Shown one piece after another: positions 46,629 through 56,079 of a stretch of DNA of 61,307 nt. This stretch comes from Deltaproteobacteria bacterium (GTDB lineage Bacteria; Bdellovibrionota; Bacteriovoracia; Bacteriovoracales; Bacteriovoracaceae): contig SBGE01000081.1 of the NCBI GenBank assembly GCA_006226755.1, positions 1 through 61,307 on the forward strand, given 5' to 3'. The position numbers were made by a program, and so were the translations under genes. The notes under the pieces are model-generated. The model was given only the letters and a program-made list of their open reading frames with translations, did no database searches and was not told where the DNA came from. Each line of letters opens with the position of its first letter. Positions within the stretch are counted from its first letter, which is position 1.

Positions 46629-47119
46629 TTGGGTAAAATCTCCTGTTTTAAAACTTTTATTGTGAGTTCAATATTGTCTTCAACACTCACTCCCATAAAG
46701 CTGGCCGGCTGAAGTTTAAACTGACTAGGGATCAGAGTGAATTTAGCCAAGTAATGAGTTTTGTCACTGGTAACCTGAAAAGAAAGTTTTTTTGAAACTC
46801 CATTAATAGTCAGATTACCAGATCCTTTGAAGTTTTTGATGATGACATCTTTGATAAAAATTCGAGGGTGTTTATTGGCGTTCAGGTATTTATGAAGGTG
46901 TTCATCGCGAAGTTGAATACCGGTTTCAAGCGAAGTCGTTCGAACACTGAGTTTTTTGGAGTTAATCGTGCCTTTGTCTTTAAGAAGGACAAAGTCTCCA
47001 TACAATTTATCACTATTGATCTCAAAGCTTCCAACAGGTAGAAGTCGACCGAGGATGTGAACCTCGTGGGCCATGGACCCAAATGAGATTAGGAAAAAAA
47101 GTATTAATTTCAAATGCAT
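46625..47119 (-). CDS. YceI-like periplasmic protein
   Basis: Signal peptide, an ETGIQLRDEH motif, and a 4-nt overlap with the cytochrome gene. Confidence 0.7.
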   Translation of the reverse strand: MHLKLILFFLISFGSMAHEVHILGRLLPVGSFEINSDKLYGDFVLLKDKGTINSKKLSVRTTSLETGIQLRDEHLHKYLNANKHPRIFIKDVIIKNFKGSGNLTINGVSKKLSFQVTSDKTHYLAKFTLIPSQFKLQPASFMGVSVEDNIELTIKVLKQEILPK

Positions 47120-47142
47120 CGGTTAAATGATGTCCCATATCA

Positions 47143-47168
47143 TACAGTGTGGCAACTTTAACACTGTA
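47143..47168. promoter_or_regulatory. inverted repeat TACAGTGT-N10-ACACTGTA in a divergent promoter region
   Basis: Perfect 8-bp arms between the YceI operon start (47119) and the lipoprotein gene (47208). Confidence 0.3.
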
Positions 47169-47207
47169 AGCCATTACACCCTTTTATGAGGAAGGCAATA
47201 TCACAAC

Positions 47208-47603
47208 ATGAAAGCACTATTGATAATGATCTGCGTTGTTCTGTCTTCTTGTTCTTATACGACTAAGAAACAAGTTGATTATAATAAATCCCACCGTGAG
47301 TTTCTCTCTCTGGTAGAGGCCAAGAAAAAATCTCTTTCAAAATCTGACTACCGAAATTTTCTTCAAACAGCTCTACAAAATAAAGAAGACGTTGAAGATA
47401 ATCTCGAAGGACAGATGGATAATCTCAAGAGAAGGACCACTCACAATGAAGTGATGGAAACTTCTAGCAATCAAGAGGCCCATCTTTTCAATGCCAATAC
47501 AGGAGCAATAGAAATGAAAAGGCTTGATGATCGTATCAAGCTGGTTAAAAGAGAGATTTTCTTTCTTCGATCTCAACTGAGCAGCCTGGAGGAGAAGAAG
47601 TGA
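47208..47603 (+). CDS. lipoprotein with a coiled-coil region, unknown function
   Basis: Lipobox VVLSSC. Confidence 0.6.
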   Translation: MKALLIMICVVLSSCSYTTKKQVDYNKSHREFLSLVEAKKKSLSKSDYRNFLQTALQNKEDVEDNLEGQMDNLKRRTTHNEVMETSSNQEAHLFNANTGAIEMKRLDDRIKLVKREIFFLRSQLSSLEEKK

Positions 47604-48520
47604 GAAGACCAGCGAGTCTCGAACTTCACATGAAGCCGACCCCAATTCAAAAACTTGGTGAAAACCTTTTTATCAAGCGCGATGATCGAACAGGTTTTCT
47701 TCTCGGTGGGAATAAAATCAGAAAACTCGAATATCTTCTTAAGGAAGCTGTTGATAAAGGCTTCAAGCGAGTCATGACTTGCGGGGGAATTCAATCCAAC
47801 CATGCCAGGGCCACGGCCTTTGCTGCAAGAGAGTTAGGGCTCGATGTCGCACTTTTACTCAGAGGTGAGCTTACTGATAGGCGTCAAGGAAACCTCTTTC
47901 TCAACTCCTTGATTGGTGCTGATATTCGAACGATCACTTCAGAAGAATGGGTGGGCAAAGAGGCCATCATGGAAAAATGGGCTTCTGAACTGGGCTCGAC
48001 CTATATTATCCCTGAGGGCGGTAGTAATGCACTTGGCTCATGGGGATATGTTTCCGCTCTAGAAGAGATTCAAAAGCAAGGAAACTTTGATCATATATTC
48101 CATGCCACAGGAAGTGGTGGAACCGCGAGTGGACTTTTGGCGGGTCGTGCTGTCACTGGAATGAATTGTTCACTTCACACCATTAATGTTTGCGATGATG
48201 AAGAGTATTTTAAAAAAAGAATCTTTGGCATTCTTGATGATTTTGAACGTCAGTTCGACATAAAAGTCTCGACGGAGAACTTTCATATACACGATGGATT
48301 TGTTGGTGAGGGATATGCCCTGGCCTCAGATCAGCTTTATGAACAGATAAAGTCTTTTTGTGGAGATACGGGGATTCTGCTGGATCCGGTTTATACCGGA
48401 AAGGCCTTTTTCGGTATGCAGGAAGTCATTAAACGGGAAAATCTTCAAGGAAAAATCCTTTTTCTCCATACAGGTGGGGCCTTTGCCAATTTTGCGAATG
48501 TTGAGCGTTATAGGTTTTAG
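47600..48520 (+). CDS. PLP-dependent ACC deaminase / D-cysteine desulfhydrase family protein
   Basis: GGNKIRKLEYLLKEAVDKGFKRVMTCGGIQSNHARATA contains the PLP-Lys region. An alternative start is ATG 47630. Confidence 0.85.
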   Translation: MRRPASLELHMKPTPIQKLGENLFIKRDDRTGFLLGGNKIRKLEYLLKEAVDKGFKRVMTCGGIQSNHARATAFAARELGLDVALLLRGELTDRRQGNLFLNSLIGADIRTITSEEWVGKEAIMEKWASELGSTYIIPEGGSNALGSWGYVSALEEIQKQGNFDHIFHATGSGGTASGLLAGRAVTGMNCSLHTINVCDDEEYFKKRIFGILDDFERQFDIKVSTENFHIHDGFVGEGYALASDQLYEQIKSFCGDTGILLDPVYTGKAFFGMQEVIKRENLQGKILFLHTGGAFANFANVERYRF

Positions 48521-48587
48521 TCAACTCTTCCGATATTGATAAAAAGTCACACAGAAAGTAAAATACTAGAATATTAGCGAGGTATAT

Positions 48588-48725
48588 ATGACTGATTGGC
48601 AAATTTTTATAGGCTTGTCTGCGGTAGTGGTTTGGGCATCTCTTCCTATTTCACTTATCATCTCTTGTGCCAACTTTGATCACGATGTGGTCAGACCTGG
48701 TGAAAAGGCCGGCGAGCACCACTAG
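48588..48725 (+). CDS. possible 45-aa membrane micro-protein
   Basis: ATG preceded by GCGAGG. It translates to MTDWQIFIGLSAVVVWASLPISLIISCANFDHDVVRPGEKAGEHH. It is below the track cut-off and weakly supported. Confidence 0.3.
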   Translation: MTDWQIFIGLSAVVVWASLPISLIISCANFDHDVVRPGEKAGEHH

Positions 48726-48741
48726 GAAACAGGACCCTTAC

Positions 48742-51159
48742 TCATGGAGTGAGGGTCAACGTTCCTTTCTTCTGAGCTTTGACAATTTTTAAATCCAATA
48801 ATTGCTCTCTGTATTTTCCATCGAGAAACATTCTTACTTGATCGTCGTAATGTGGACTGAAAGGCCTACCTGAATTTCCAGTAGGAAGTATTCCAAGTGA
48901 AACTGAAGCATCTTTAAAATCGATTAACCTTCTTGTCGATGGTCCAAGTGTGACATGAAAATCGTCTTTGTATCTTTTTGACGACATATTATCGACTTGA
49001 AAATATCCACCACCAGATTCAAAGGGACCAATATTGAAAATAGAATCGAGTGGTTTTTTCTTTCCGAATGGATGAGCAAATTCAATGGTATGTAGACGTC
49101 CCCAATTCCAGCTACTGACATTGCTTCCATACTGATCACTCAAAGATTTAAGTGTTTTATCAAAAGCAGTGGCAATAATTTGTTCTCTGGTTTCTTTCTC
49201 ACTGGTTTTGTTATTGTCCCACCAAGGAGAATTGGCATTCTTGATGAATGTTTTAAAAAAGTGCCAGCCGTCCGCCACGCTATTCAATGCCTTGTAACGA
49301 TCTTCACCGAGTTCATCCAACATTGCTTCTTTCATGATTTGTTTGGTCCAAGTGTAATATAGCGAAGGGGCCACATCTGAGATTCCACTTTTACCATCCC
49401 AGGTTTTGAGAATCTCTACAGCTTTTTGTTTTTGTGATGAACCACCAGATTTGAGACTGCCAAGAAGAATGGAAAGGTGCTCATCGGCCGTCACAACGAA
49501 TTGATCATTTTGAACGGCCTTCAAATCTTCAAGGTCCCATTTTTCTTTGGTAGCGAGGAGATCAGTGATTCTCTCGAACCTTTCACTTGGTTGCCAGTAA
49601 CCGGAGAGTGGATGTTTACTTTTAAATTCTGGGTAATAATTTGTTGTGACAATGACTCCCGACTTTGGATTATAGAGATGTGGGTTCTCATCAATTGTCA
49701 GATAGCGAAGGTACTCATGTTTTCCAGACCAACCTTCAAGGATTGTTTCCCCTGTAACACCAGCAGGACGTAGGGGAATCTTAGACAGTACGTGCCAGGC
49801 GATATTTCCTCTTTTATCCACCCAGGAAACATTGAGTCCCGGTGTCGCTGCCAGTTTGATCGCTTCTTTCATATCTTTAAGATCTTGAGAATGAGCTAGC
49901 TTATAGAATGCTGTGGCCACGTCATTTTCAGGATGATGATAAGACCACTTAATTGCAAGGTGTTTATCTTTTTTGCCGTATTCAGTTCCATCAATTAAAG
50001 GACCATGAGGAGTTGTCACCACTTCGATGACAACATCTTCTTTTCCTTTTACTTTTACAATTTCTTTTTCAATTTTAAGAGGAACCCATTTGCCTCGATA
50101 CATCACCTGTTTTTTATCCCAATCTATTTTCTCTTGATAAATATCGAGATCGTCCATCTCGGCCATGGTGACGGCCCAACCGCGGTTCATATCGTGACCC
50201 ATTGCTGGGAATGGTACCAGTGGTAGATAGTGGCCATAGATTTCATAACCTGGATATTTGATATGAGCTTCATACCAAACGGAAGGATTCGAAAAAGCTA
50301 CGTGGGGATCGTTGGCCAATAATGCATGACCTGATTTGGAACGAGTTGGTCCGAGTACCCAGGAGTTAGATCCGTGAAAAAGTCCGAAGTTTTGTTCGAA
50401 CTCAGTGAGAAATTCAGTTAGATCCTTGAACCAGGCCTCTTGGGTAGGTCTGGCAATTGCCTTATTGAGAGGTTTTGAATTGGAAGCATAACTTTCTGTG
50501 ATTAAGTTTCTATCTTTTGTGTGTTTAACCAAGACCTGATCCACCATCTCTTTTGGAAAATCTGCATACAGTTCTGAAAAGAGTGAGTCGGCAATAATCC
50601 CTTCTGCAAAGCTTAGTGCCATGTAACCAGAAATTGCCATCCCTTCTGCAAGTTCAAATTTCTTGGGTGTAAAGCCAAGTAGGACAAACTCAGGAGGAAG
50701 AGGTTGGGTTTTGACAAAATGATCAACACCTTCATAGAAGGCCTTCATCAAATTGATCATATGAGGATCCATATTCTGAAGGTTCTTCGCTAGGAATTCA
50801 TCCATGGTTTTTCGAAGTTTCAATTTTCTAAGAAGAATGTCCCATTTTGTAGCGGCCTCTCCAAGAACTTCTGAAAGTGAACCATTTGCAATTCTTCTAA
50901 GAAGTTCCATGTGAAAAAGCCTATCTCCAGCTGTGACAAAACCAAAGGCCCGCATGGCATCCATTTCACTTTTAGCTTCAATGTGAGGAATTCCATATTT
51001 ATCTCTGTGTACTTCAACCGGAAGTTCCAGTCCTGGAAGATTCAAGCTCCCATGAGTTTTAGGAAGTCTGGCCTTAAAGGCTATTTGAGTAGGAAGAATG
51101 AGAGCGGCGAGAACAGCAAAAAAGATACCCATGATAATTCCAGTTTTTTTTATTTTCAT
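48742..51159 (-). CDS. penicillin-acylase-family Ntn hydrolase (possible acyl-homoserine-lactone acylase)
   Basis: Signal peptide, the beta-subunit nucleophile region HGSNSWVLGP, an 805-aa length and the LLANDPH motif. Confidence 0.9.
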   Translation of the reverse strand: MKIKKTGIIMGIFFAVLAALILPTQIAFKARLPKTHGSLNLPGLELPVEVHRDKYGIPHIEAKSEMDAMRAFGFVTAGDRLFHMELLRRIANGSLSEVLGEAATKWDILLRKLKLRKTMDEFLAKNLQNMDPHMINLMKAFYEGVDHFVKTQPLPPEFVLLGFTPKKFELAEGMAISGYMALSFAEGIIADSLFSELYADFPKEMVDQVLVKHTKDRNLITESYASNSKPLNKAIARPTQEAWFKDLTEFLTEFEQNFGLFHGSNSWVLGPTRSKSGHALLANDPHVAFSNPSVWYEAHIKYPGYEIYGHYLPLVPFPAMGHDMNRGWAVTMAEMDDLDIYQEKIDWDKKQVMYRGKWVPLKIEKEIVKVKGKEDVVIEVVTTPHGPLIDGTEYGKKDKHLAIKWSYHHPENDVATAFYKLAHSQDLKDMKEAIKLAATPGLNVSWVDKRGNIAWHVLSKIPLRPAGVTGETILEGWSGKHEYLRYLTIDENPHLYNPKSGVIVTTNYYPEFKSKHPLSGYWQPSERFERITDLLATKEKWDLEDLKAVQNDQFVVTADEHLSILLGSLKSGGSSQKQKAVEILKTWDGKSGISDVAPSLYYTWTKQIMKEAMLDELGEDRYKALNSVADGWHFFKTFIKNANSPWWDNNKTSEKETREQIIATAFDKTLKSLSDQYGSNVSSWNWGRLHTIEFAHPFGKKKPLDSIFNIGPFESGGGYFQVDNMSSKRYKDDFHVTLGPSTRRLIDFKDASVSLGILPTGNSGRPFSPHYDDQVRMFLDGKYREQLLDLKIVKAQKKGTLTLTP

Positions 51160-51309
51160 AATCCGAAAAATTATGACACGAGCGAAGGGATAATTAAATT
51201 CATGATTCTGATAAGTTAATCTGAGTCTAAGTGTCTTGAAATGGCGTGTAATAAAGAATGAAACCTTTTTAAATCCAATTCGTATAAACTAAGCGAAAAG
51301 GAGATTGGG

Positions 51310-52821
51310 ATGAAGTATCCGATCATATTACTCTGCTTGGTGTTGATGCAGTCCGCGCTTGGAATGAGTACTGAGGAGGCGAGACACCTCCAAAGGCGAA
51401 CTGGGTTTCATGTAGATTCAAAGCTGACTAAGAAATTTGAATCAATGACCAGAGAACAGGCAGTCGATTTTCTTATGAGTCGAACCAGAACAACTCCCTT
51501 AACTCCCCAACCTAAATGGATTGAGCATTTTGAGTACATCTATGATGCCGCCATTAGAATGAAAAAAGGGCAGGGACAAAAAGCAGATATAAAAAAAATC
51601 AAACAGCGGACAGAGCAAATCATCGCTTTGTTTCCAAATATTCCAAAACCTCTGGTTTCAAAACTTAGAACAGCGATGGATGATGAAAAAAAGATTCGTC
51701 GAGTTTTGAATATGATTTCCAATCGGCTTCTTTCAAAGTCTCTTCAGGCCTGGTGGTTGGAAGAAATGCATAAGACAGAAAGTCCCCTGACTGAAAGAAT
51801 GACTCTCTTTTGGCACAATCATTTCGCCACAAGTTTCAAAAAAGTGAAAGTTCTTCCTTGGATGTATAGTCAGAACCTTCTTTTAAGAAGACATGCCTTT
51901 GGAAGTTTTAAAGATCTTCTTAGAGATGTCTCTAAAGATGCCGCCATGCTTTTTTATCTGGATAGCAATAAAAACGTCAAAGGTGCACCAAATGAGAATT
52001 TTGCCAGAGAAGTGATGGAACTCTTCACACTAGGGGAAGGAAACTATTCAGAAAAAGATATCAAGGAAGCGGCAAGAGCGTTTACAGGATGGAATGTTGA
52101 TCGACTGACTGGAGATTACGTTTTTAGACACAAGCAACATGATGAAGGCAACAAAACAATTCTAGGACAAACCGGAAAGTTCTATGGAGATGATGTTTTG
52201 AACATCATTCTCCAAAATAAAAAGACAGCTGAATTCATCACGAAGAAAATCTGGAAAGAATTCGTCTCTCCCGAACTTAATGAAGCAAAAATCAACGCTA
52301 TTGCCACTACATTTTTTGAAAGTGGTTATGAAATTAAAACACTTATGAGAGAAGTTTTTATTAGTGATGAGTTTTATAAATCAAGTGGGCAACTGATCAA
52401 ATCTCCTGTCGATCTTCTTGTTGGCACGATCAAAGAATTTGATATCGAGCCAGTTAATTATCTGCCTTATGCGATGATGGCTGGGAGACTTGGGATGGAG
52501 CTCTTTGATCCACCGAATGTCAAAGGATGGCCTGGTGGTGAGAAGTGGATCAACACTTCAACACTTCTCATTCGAAAAGATCTCATGACTAGACTCTTTA
52601 GGGTCGGGGAGAAAAAAGAGAAGGCCAATATGATGAATCCTATGCAGGCCATGGCCTCTATGTCGACATTGGATATGAAAGCAGTGATGAAAGATCGGAC
52701 ACGCTCTCAAATGTTGGAAGAAGTTCTGGTCTTGAAACCCGTTTCCGAAATTGAAGATAAGAAAAAAGATATCGCGTGGGCAAGACAAATCGTTCTCGAT
52801 CCTGTCTATCAATTGAGGTGA
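51310..52821 (+). CDS. DUF1800 family protein
   Basis: AAGGAG RBS, a signal peptide and the LTERMTLFWHNHFATS motif. Confidence 0.85.
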   Translation: MKYPIILLCLVLMQSALGMSTEEARHLQRRTGFHVDSKLTKKFESMTREQAVDFLMSRTRTTPLTPQPKWIEHFEYIYDAAIRMKKGQGQKADIKKIKQRTEQIIALFPNIPKPLVSKLRTAMDDEKKIRRVLNMISNRLLSKSLQAWWLEEMHKTESPLTERMTLFWHNHFATSFKKVKVLPWMYSQNLLLRRHAFGSFKDLLRDVSKDAAMLFYLDSNKNVKGAPNENFAREVMELFTLGEGNYSEKDIKEAARAFTGWNVDRLTGDYVFRHKQHDEGNKTILGQTGKFYGDDVLNIILQNKKTAEFITKKIWKEFVSPELNEAKINAIATTFFESGYEIKTLMREVFISDEFYKSSGQLIKSPVDLLVGTIKEFDIEPVNYLPYAMMAGRLGMELFDPPNVKGWPGGEKWINTSTLLIRKDLMTRLFRVGEKKEKANMMNPMQAMASMSTLDMKAVMKDRTRSQMLEEVLVLKPVSEIEDKKKDIAWARQIVLDPVYQLR

Positions 52822-52835
52822 GTGTGGAGACAAAT

Positions 52836-53999
52836 ATGAAAAGAAGAGATTTCCTTAAAACAACACTCTCATTGTCAGCCCTTTGTATGCTTCCTTTTCC
52901 GGTGATGGCCTTGGCGAAAGAAAAGAAAATCCTAATCTTGATTGAACTCAAAGGGGGGAATGATGGACTCAATACTTTGATTCCTTTTTCTGATCCTCTC
53001 TATACCAAACTGCGGCCCTCGATTGGAATCAAAGAATCAGAAGTTTTGAAACTAAACTCTAAACTTGGTTTTCATCCTTCCCTGAAATTTCTTCATCAAT
53101 CCTTTAAAAGTAATCAATTGGCGATTCTTCAAGGAGTTGGCTACGCTAATCCGAACCTGTCGCATTTCAGGTCTATCGATATCTGGGAAACGGCAACGGA
53201 GAGTGAGGAATACTCGGATCAAGGTTGGCTTCAACAACTTTCATCGAAAATTGGTGATGGCAAAGAACTAGTGAAGGGAATCATAGTCGGAGACAATGCC
53301 TTTGGACCGTTTCGAGGAGCGACTTCAGAAGTTCTGGTAATGGATAACCCAAAAAGATTTTTAAGAAAAAATGCCAAACTCAATCTTTATGAAAATAAGC
53401 AAGTCCTCCCAAGTTTGAAACATATCCTCGACGTGGAAAATAGTCTTTCTAAAACCATAGAAGAACTTCGAACTAAGACTGAGAAAGTTGAGCTTCCTGA
53501 AATGAATGATCTTCCACAAGATCAAGTTGCTGGGATGATCAAAGCTTTGCTTTCTGTTTTAGCAGCGGGACATCACGTTCCTGTTTTTAAAATTTCAATT
53601 GGAGGATTTGATACTCATACAGAACAACTCAATCAACATGCCAGACTCTTGAGCGTTCTTGATCAAACCTTTCAATCCTTAGAGAAAGGGCTGAAGCAGA
53701 TTGGTGTTTGGAAAGAATCCACTCTATTGACCTATAGTGAGTTCGGTCGAAGACCTGCTGAGAATGGCTCACGAGGGACAGATCATGGTACGGCCAATGT
53801 GCATTTTGCGATGGGAGGAACTGTTAGAGGAGGTCTCTATGGTAAGCAGCCGTCTCTTTCAAATTTAGATGGGGAAGGGAATATGAAGTTCACCACTGAT
53901 TTTAAATCTATTTATTCTGAAGTTTGTCAGAAGATTTTCAAAATCAGTGATGCTGAAATTGTCAAAAAGAACAAAAAGCTTCCGGGTTTTCTCACTTAG
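52836..53999 (+). CDS. DUF1501 family protein (sulfatase-like fold) with a Tat signal
   Basis: I moved the start to MKRRDFLKTTLSLSAL. GGFDTH and GRRPAENGSRGTDHG motifs are present. Confidence 0.85.
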   Translation: MKRRDFLKTTLSLSALCMLPFPVMALAKEKKILILIELKGGNDGLNTLIPFSDPLYTKLRPSIGIKESEVLKLNSKLGFHPSLKFLHQSFKSNQLAILQGVGYANPNLSHFRSIDIWETATESEEYSDQGWLQQLSSKIGDGKELVKGIIVGDNAFGPFRGATSEVLVMDNPKRFLRKNAKLNLYENKQVLPSLKHILDVENSLSKTIEELRTKTEKVELPEMNDLPQDQVAGMIKALLSVLAAGHHVPVFKISIGGFDTHTEQLNQHARLLSVLDQTFQSLEKGLKQIGVWKESTLLTYSEFGRRPAENGSRGTDHGTANVHFAMGGTVRGGLYGKQPSLSNLDGEGNMKFTTDFKSIYSEVCQKIFKISDAEIVKKNKKLPGFLT

Positions 54000-54001
54000 T
54001 C

Positions 54002-54385
54002 TTATCTTCTTACGTAGACAAAGTCGCAGTAATCATAAGTTGAGGAGTCTCCACGACATAAGCTCATTGTATGAGATGTTGATTGTCGCATGTAAGTTGG
54101 ATCGTCCCAGACTTCGTAGCTGACACTTTCAAGTCCCCATGGATTTTTACAAGTACCAATTAAATGTGGATATGCCTCAATGTACTCTCTTGTGAAATTA
54201 TCTGCCAAGTAAGCATTATTGCAATCATAGTCTTGATACTTTTCTCCATTGTATGAAACTTGTGCAATAAACATCGCAGTCATTCCGTTTGTTCGGATAC
54301 ATTGATATTGTACAGCTCCATAGCAATATTTTGCAGATGCTTGAGAGATATTAAATAAGACAAAGAGAGTAATTAAAATTTTCAT
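54002..54385 (-). CDS. small secreted 6-Cys protein, unknown function
   Basis: Signal peptide MKILITLFVLFNISQASA and six Cys in the mature part. Confidence 0.55.
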   Translation of the reverse strand: MKILITLFVLFNISQASAKYCYGAVQYQCIRTNGMTAMFIAQVSYNGEKYQDYDCNNAYLADNFTREYIEAYPHLIGTCKNPWGLESVSYEVWDDPTYMRQSTSHTMSLCRGDSSTYDYCDFVYVRR

Positions 54386-54393
54386 TTTTTAGC

Positions 54394-55215
54394 CTACCAT
54401 TTTTTACAAAGAGTTTCGAATTCAGAAACTAGTCGTTCATACTCAGCTTGTTTTGCTCCTCTAAAAAACAAAGGCAAATGAGAGTAGGTACCGCCTCCTA
54501 GAAGAGAAATTTTGACTCCTTCACTTTCAACATAATTTATCTGACCAGAGTGTCTATTGGAGTTGATACGTTTTGTGAAATCTATGTCAGCAATGATGAC
54601 ACGTTTACCGTCAAAACCACCTGGTGCATATTGCAGTGAACGAATTTGCATTTTGCACGTATCTGGATAGGTATAGACGCTTCTTTCTTCCTCAGGATGA
54701 TAGTAGTCGTGATCTAGAAGGTTGTATAAAATAGATATGGCGATTGGTTTTCTTTTAGCATACAAAGCTGCATAGGCATAATCGACAGTAACTCTAGTAA
54801 CTTTTGAATCTCTGATCTTGAAATAGACTTGAACTTTTTCACCAGAGACTCTAACTTCACCTGTCTCTTCATTCTCTGCATAGTCTCCGTATTTTCTTTT
54901 CAGTTGAAACTTTCGAAGATCAAAGTCTTCAGTAAAACTTGGAAAATTAAGCGCCCTGCCTTGAAAATCAAGAAAGCTTAGTTTTTTAGCAACAAATGTA
55001 TCAGCCGTACATTCAGCATAAGAGATCCCACCCTGAAAGGTTAGTCTGATTGTATCGCCATTAACTTGATCATCTTCAAGTTGCCAAAGATCGATAAGTT
55101 TATCACAACTAATTTGACCACTGAGTCCTGCATATTTTTGATCAATAAGACTGGCAGATGAAGCAGATGTTGAATAAACAAAAAGACTGAGTAATAAGAC
55201 AAAGGTTTGTTTCAT
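54394..55215 (-). CDS. secreted protein, unknown function
   Basis: Signal peptide MKQTFVLLLSLFVYSTSASSAS. Confidence 0.6.
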   Translation of the reverse strand: MKQTFVLLLSLFVYSTSASSASLIDQKYAGLSGQISCDKLIDLWQLEDDQVNGDTIRLTFQGGISYAECTADTFVAKKLSFLDFQGRALNFPSFTEDFDLRKFQLKRKYGDYAENEETGEVRVSGEKVQVYFKIRDSKVTRVTVDYAYAALYAKRKPIAISILYNLLDHDYYHPEEERSVYTYPDTCKMQIRSLQYAPGGFDGKRVIIADIDFTKRINSNRHSGQINYVESEGVKISLLGGGTYSHLPLFFRGAKQAEYERLVSEFETLCKKW

Positions 55216-55320
55216 TATATCTCCAAGCTGAATAAAAAATATTTGCGGAAAATACTAATGAAGACACTTTATGTCAATTTATGGAGAGACTTTTACCTTC
55301 GAGATTTTAGATACTTAACC

Positions 55321-56079
55321 TTAAAAAAGCGGAAGTCCCTTGATTGGCTTCCAAGTTAAAAGAGAGATTACTGAAAGGACATTGGAGTCGGTGCGGGTTT
55401 TGAAAACACCTGGACCGGCCAAGATCTCCCAACCTTCTTTGAATCTATACTGATTGAAATAGTACTGCATGTTCGATTCTTGCTTGGTGTTTCGCATTTC
55501 ATTGAACTGACCAAGATATCCCATCATCCATTTTTCACTTAACTTATAACCAGCGATAAAAGTCTTTTGAAAAAGAGTGTCGCTTCCTGGACTTGAAATC
55601 AATGAAGAGAGTTCGTCAGCATATTGTCTGCCTGGGTGATGCTCATCGAGTTCTGAACGATTCCATTTAAAATCGGCCATAAATAGGATTGGACCTCCAC
55701 CTAGAGCAAGCCTTGCTCCGTAATAATCTCTTTTGACTTTGGTATCGCAAACAATCGCCACACAATCAAAAGTTGGAAGTTTATCGTAATCCCTTTCGGT
55801 ATAAGACTTTCCTGCATAGAGATTAAGAATAGAAATGGGGTTGATGTCGATCTGTGCTTGGGCCATGTGAACGACGAATGCTGTTTGAGCGGTAACAGAT
55901 GGTCTTACATAACCATAAAGGACTTTATCATCTTTTTTCCACACAGGGAGAGAGTATCCCCCTGTGGCATTGATAAAAAAAGCGGTCGGATAACTTCGTG
56001 CGAGTTGTGTAGCTTTTAGATCCCACTCAGCTCTGAGTGAGAGGGGTAGAAGCGCTATCAACAGAATCAGTACTTTCAT
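55321..56079 (-). CDS. outer-membrane beta-barrel-like protein
   Basis: GAAGGGA RBS, the signal peptide MKVLILLIALLPLSLRA, and a C-terminal ...GLPLF. Confidence 0.65.
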   Translation of the reverse strand: MKVLILLIALLPLSLRAEWDLKATQLARSYPTAFFINATGGYSLPVWKKDDKVLYGYVRPSVTAQTAFVVHMAQAQIDINPISILNLYAGKSYTERDYDKLPTFDCVAIVCDTKVKRDYYGARLALGGGPILFMADFKWNRSELDEHHPGRQYADELSSLISSPGSDTLFQKTFIAGYKLSEKWMMGYLGQFNEMRNTKQESNMQYYFNQYRFKEGWEILAGPGVFKTRTDSNVLSVISLLTWKPIKGLPLF

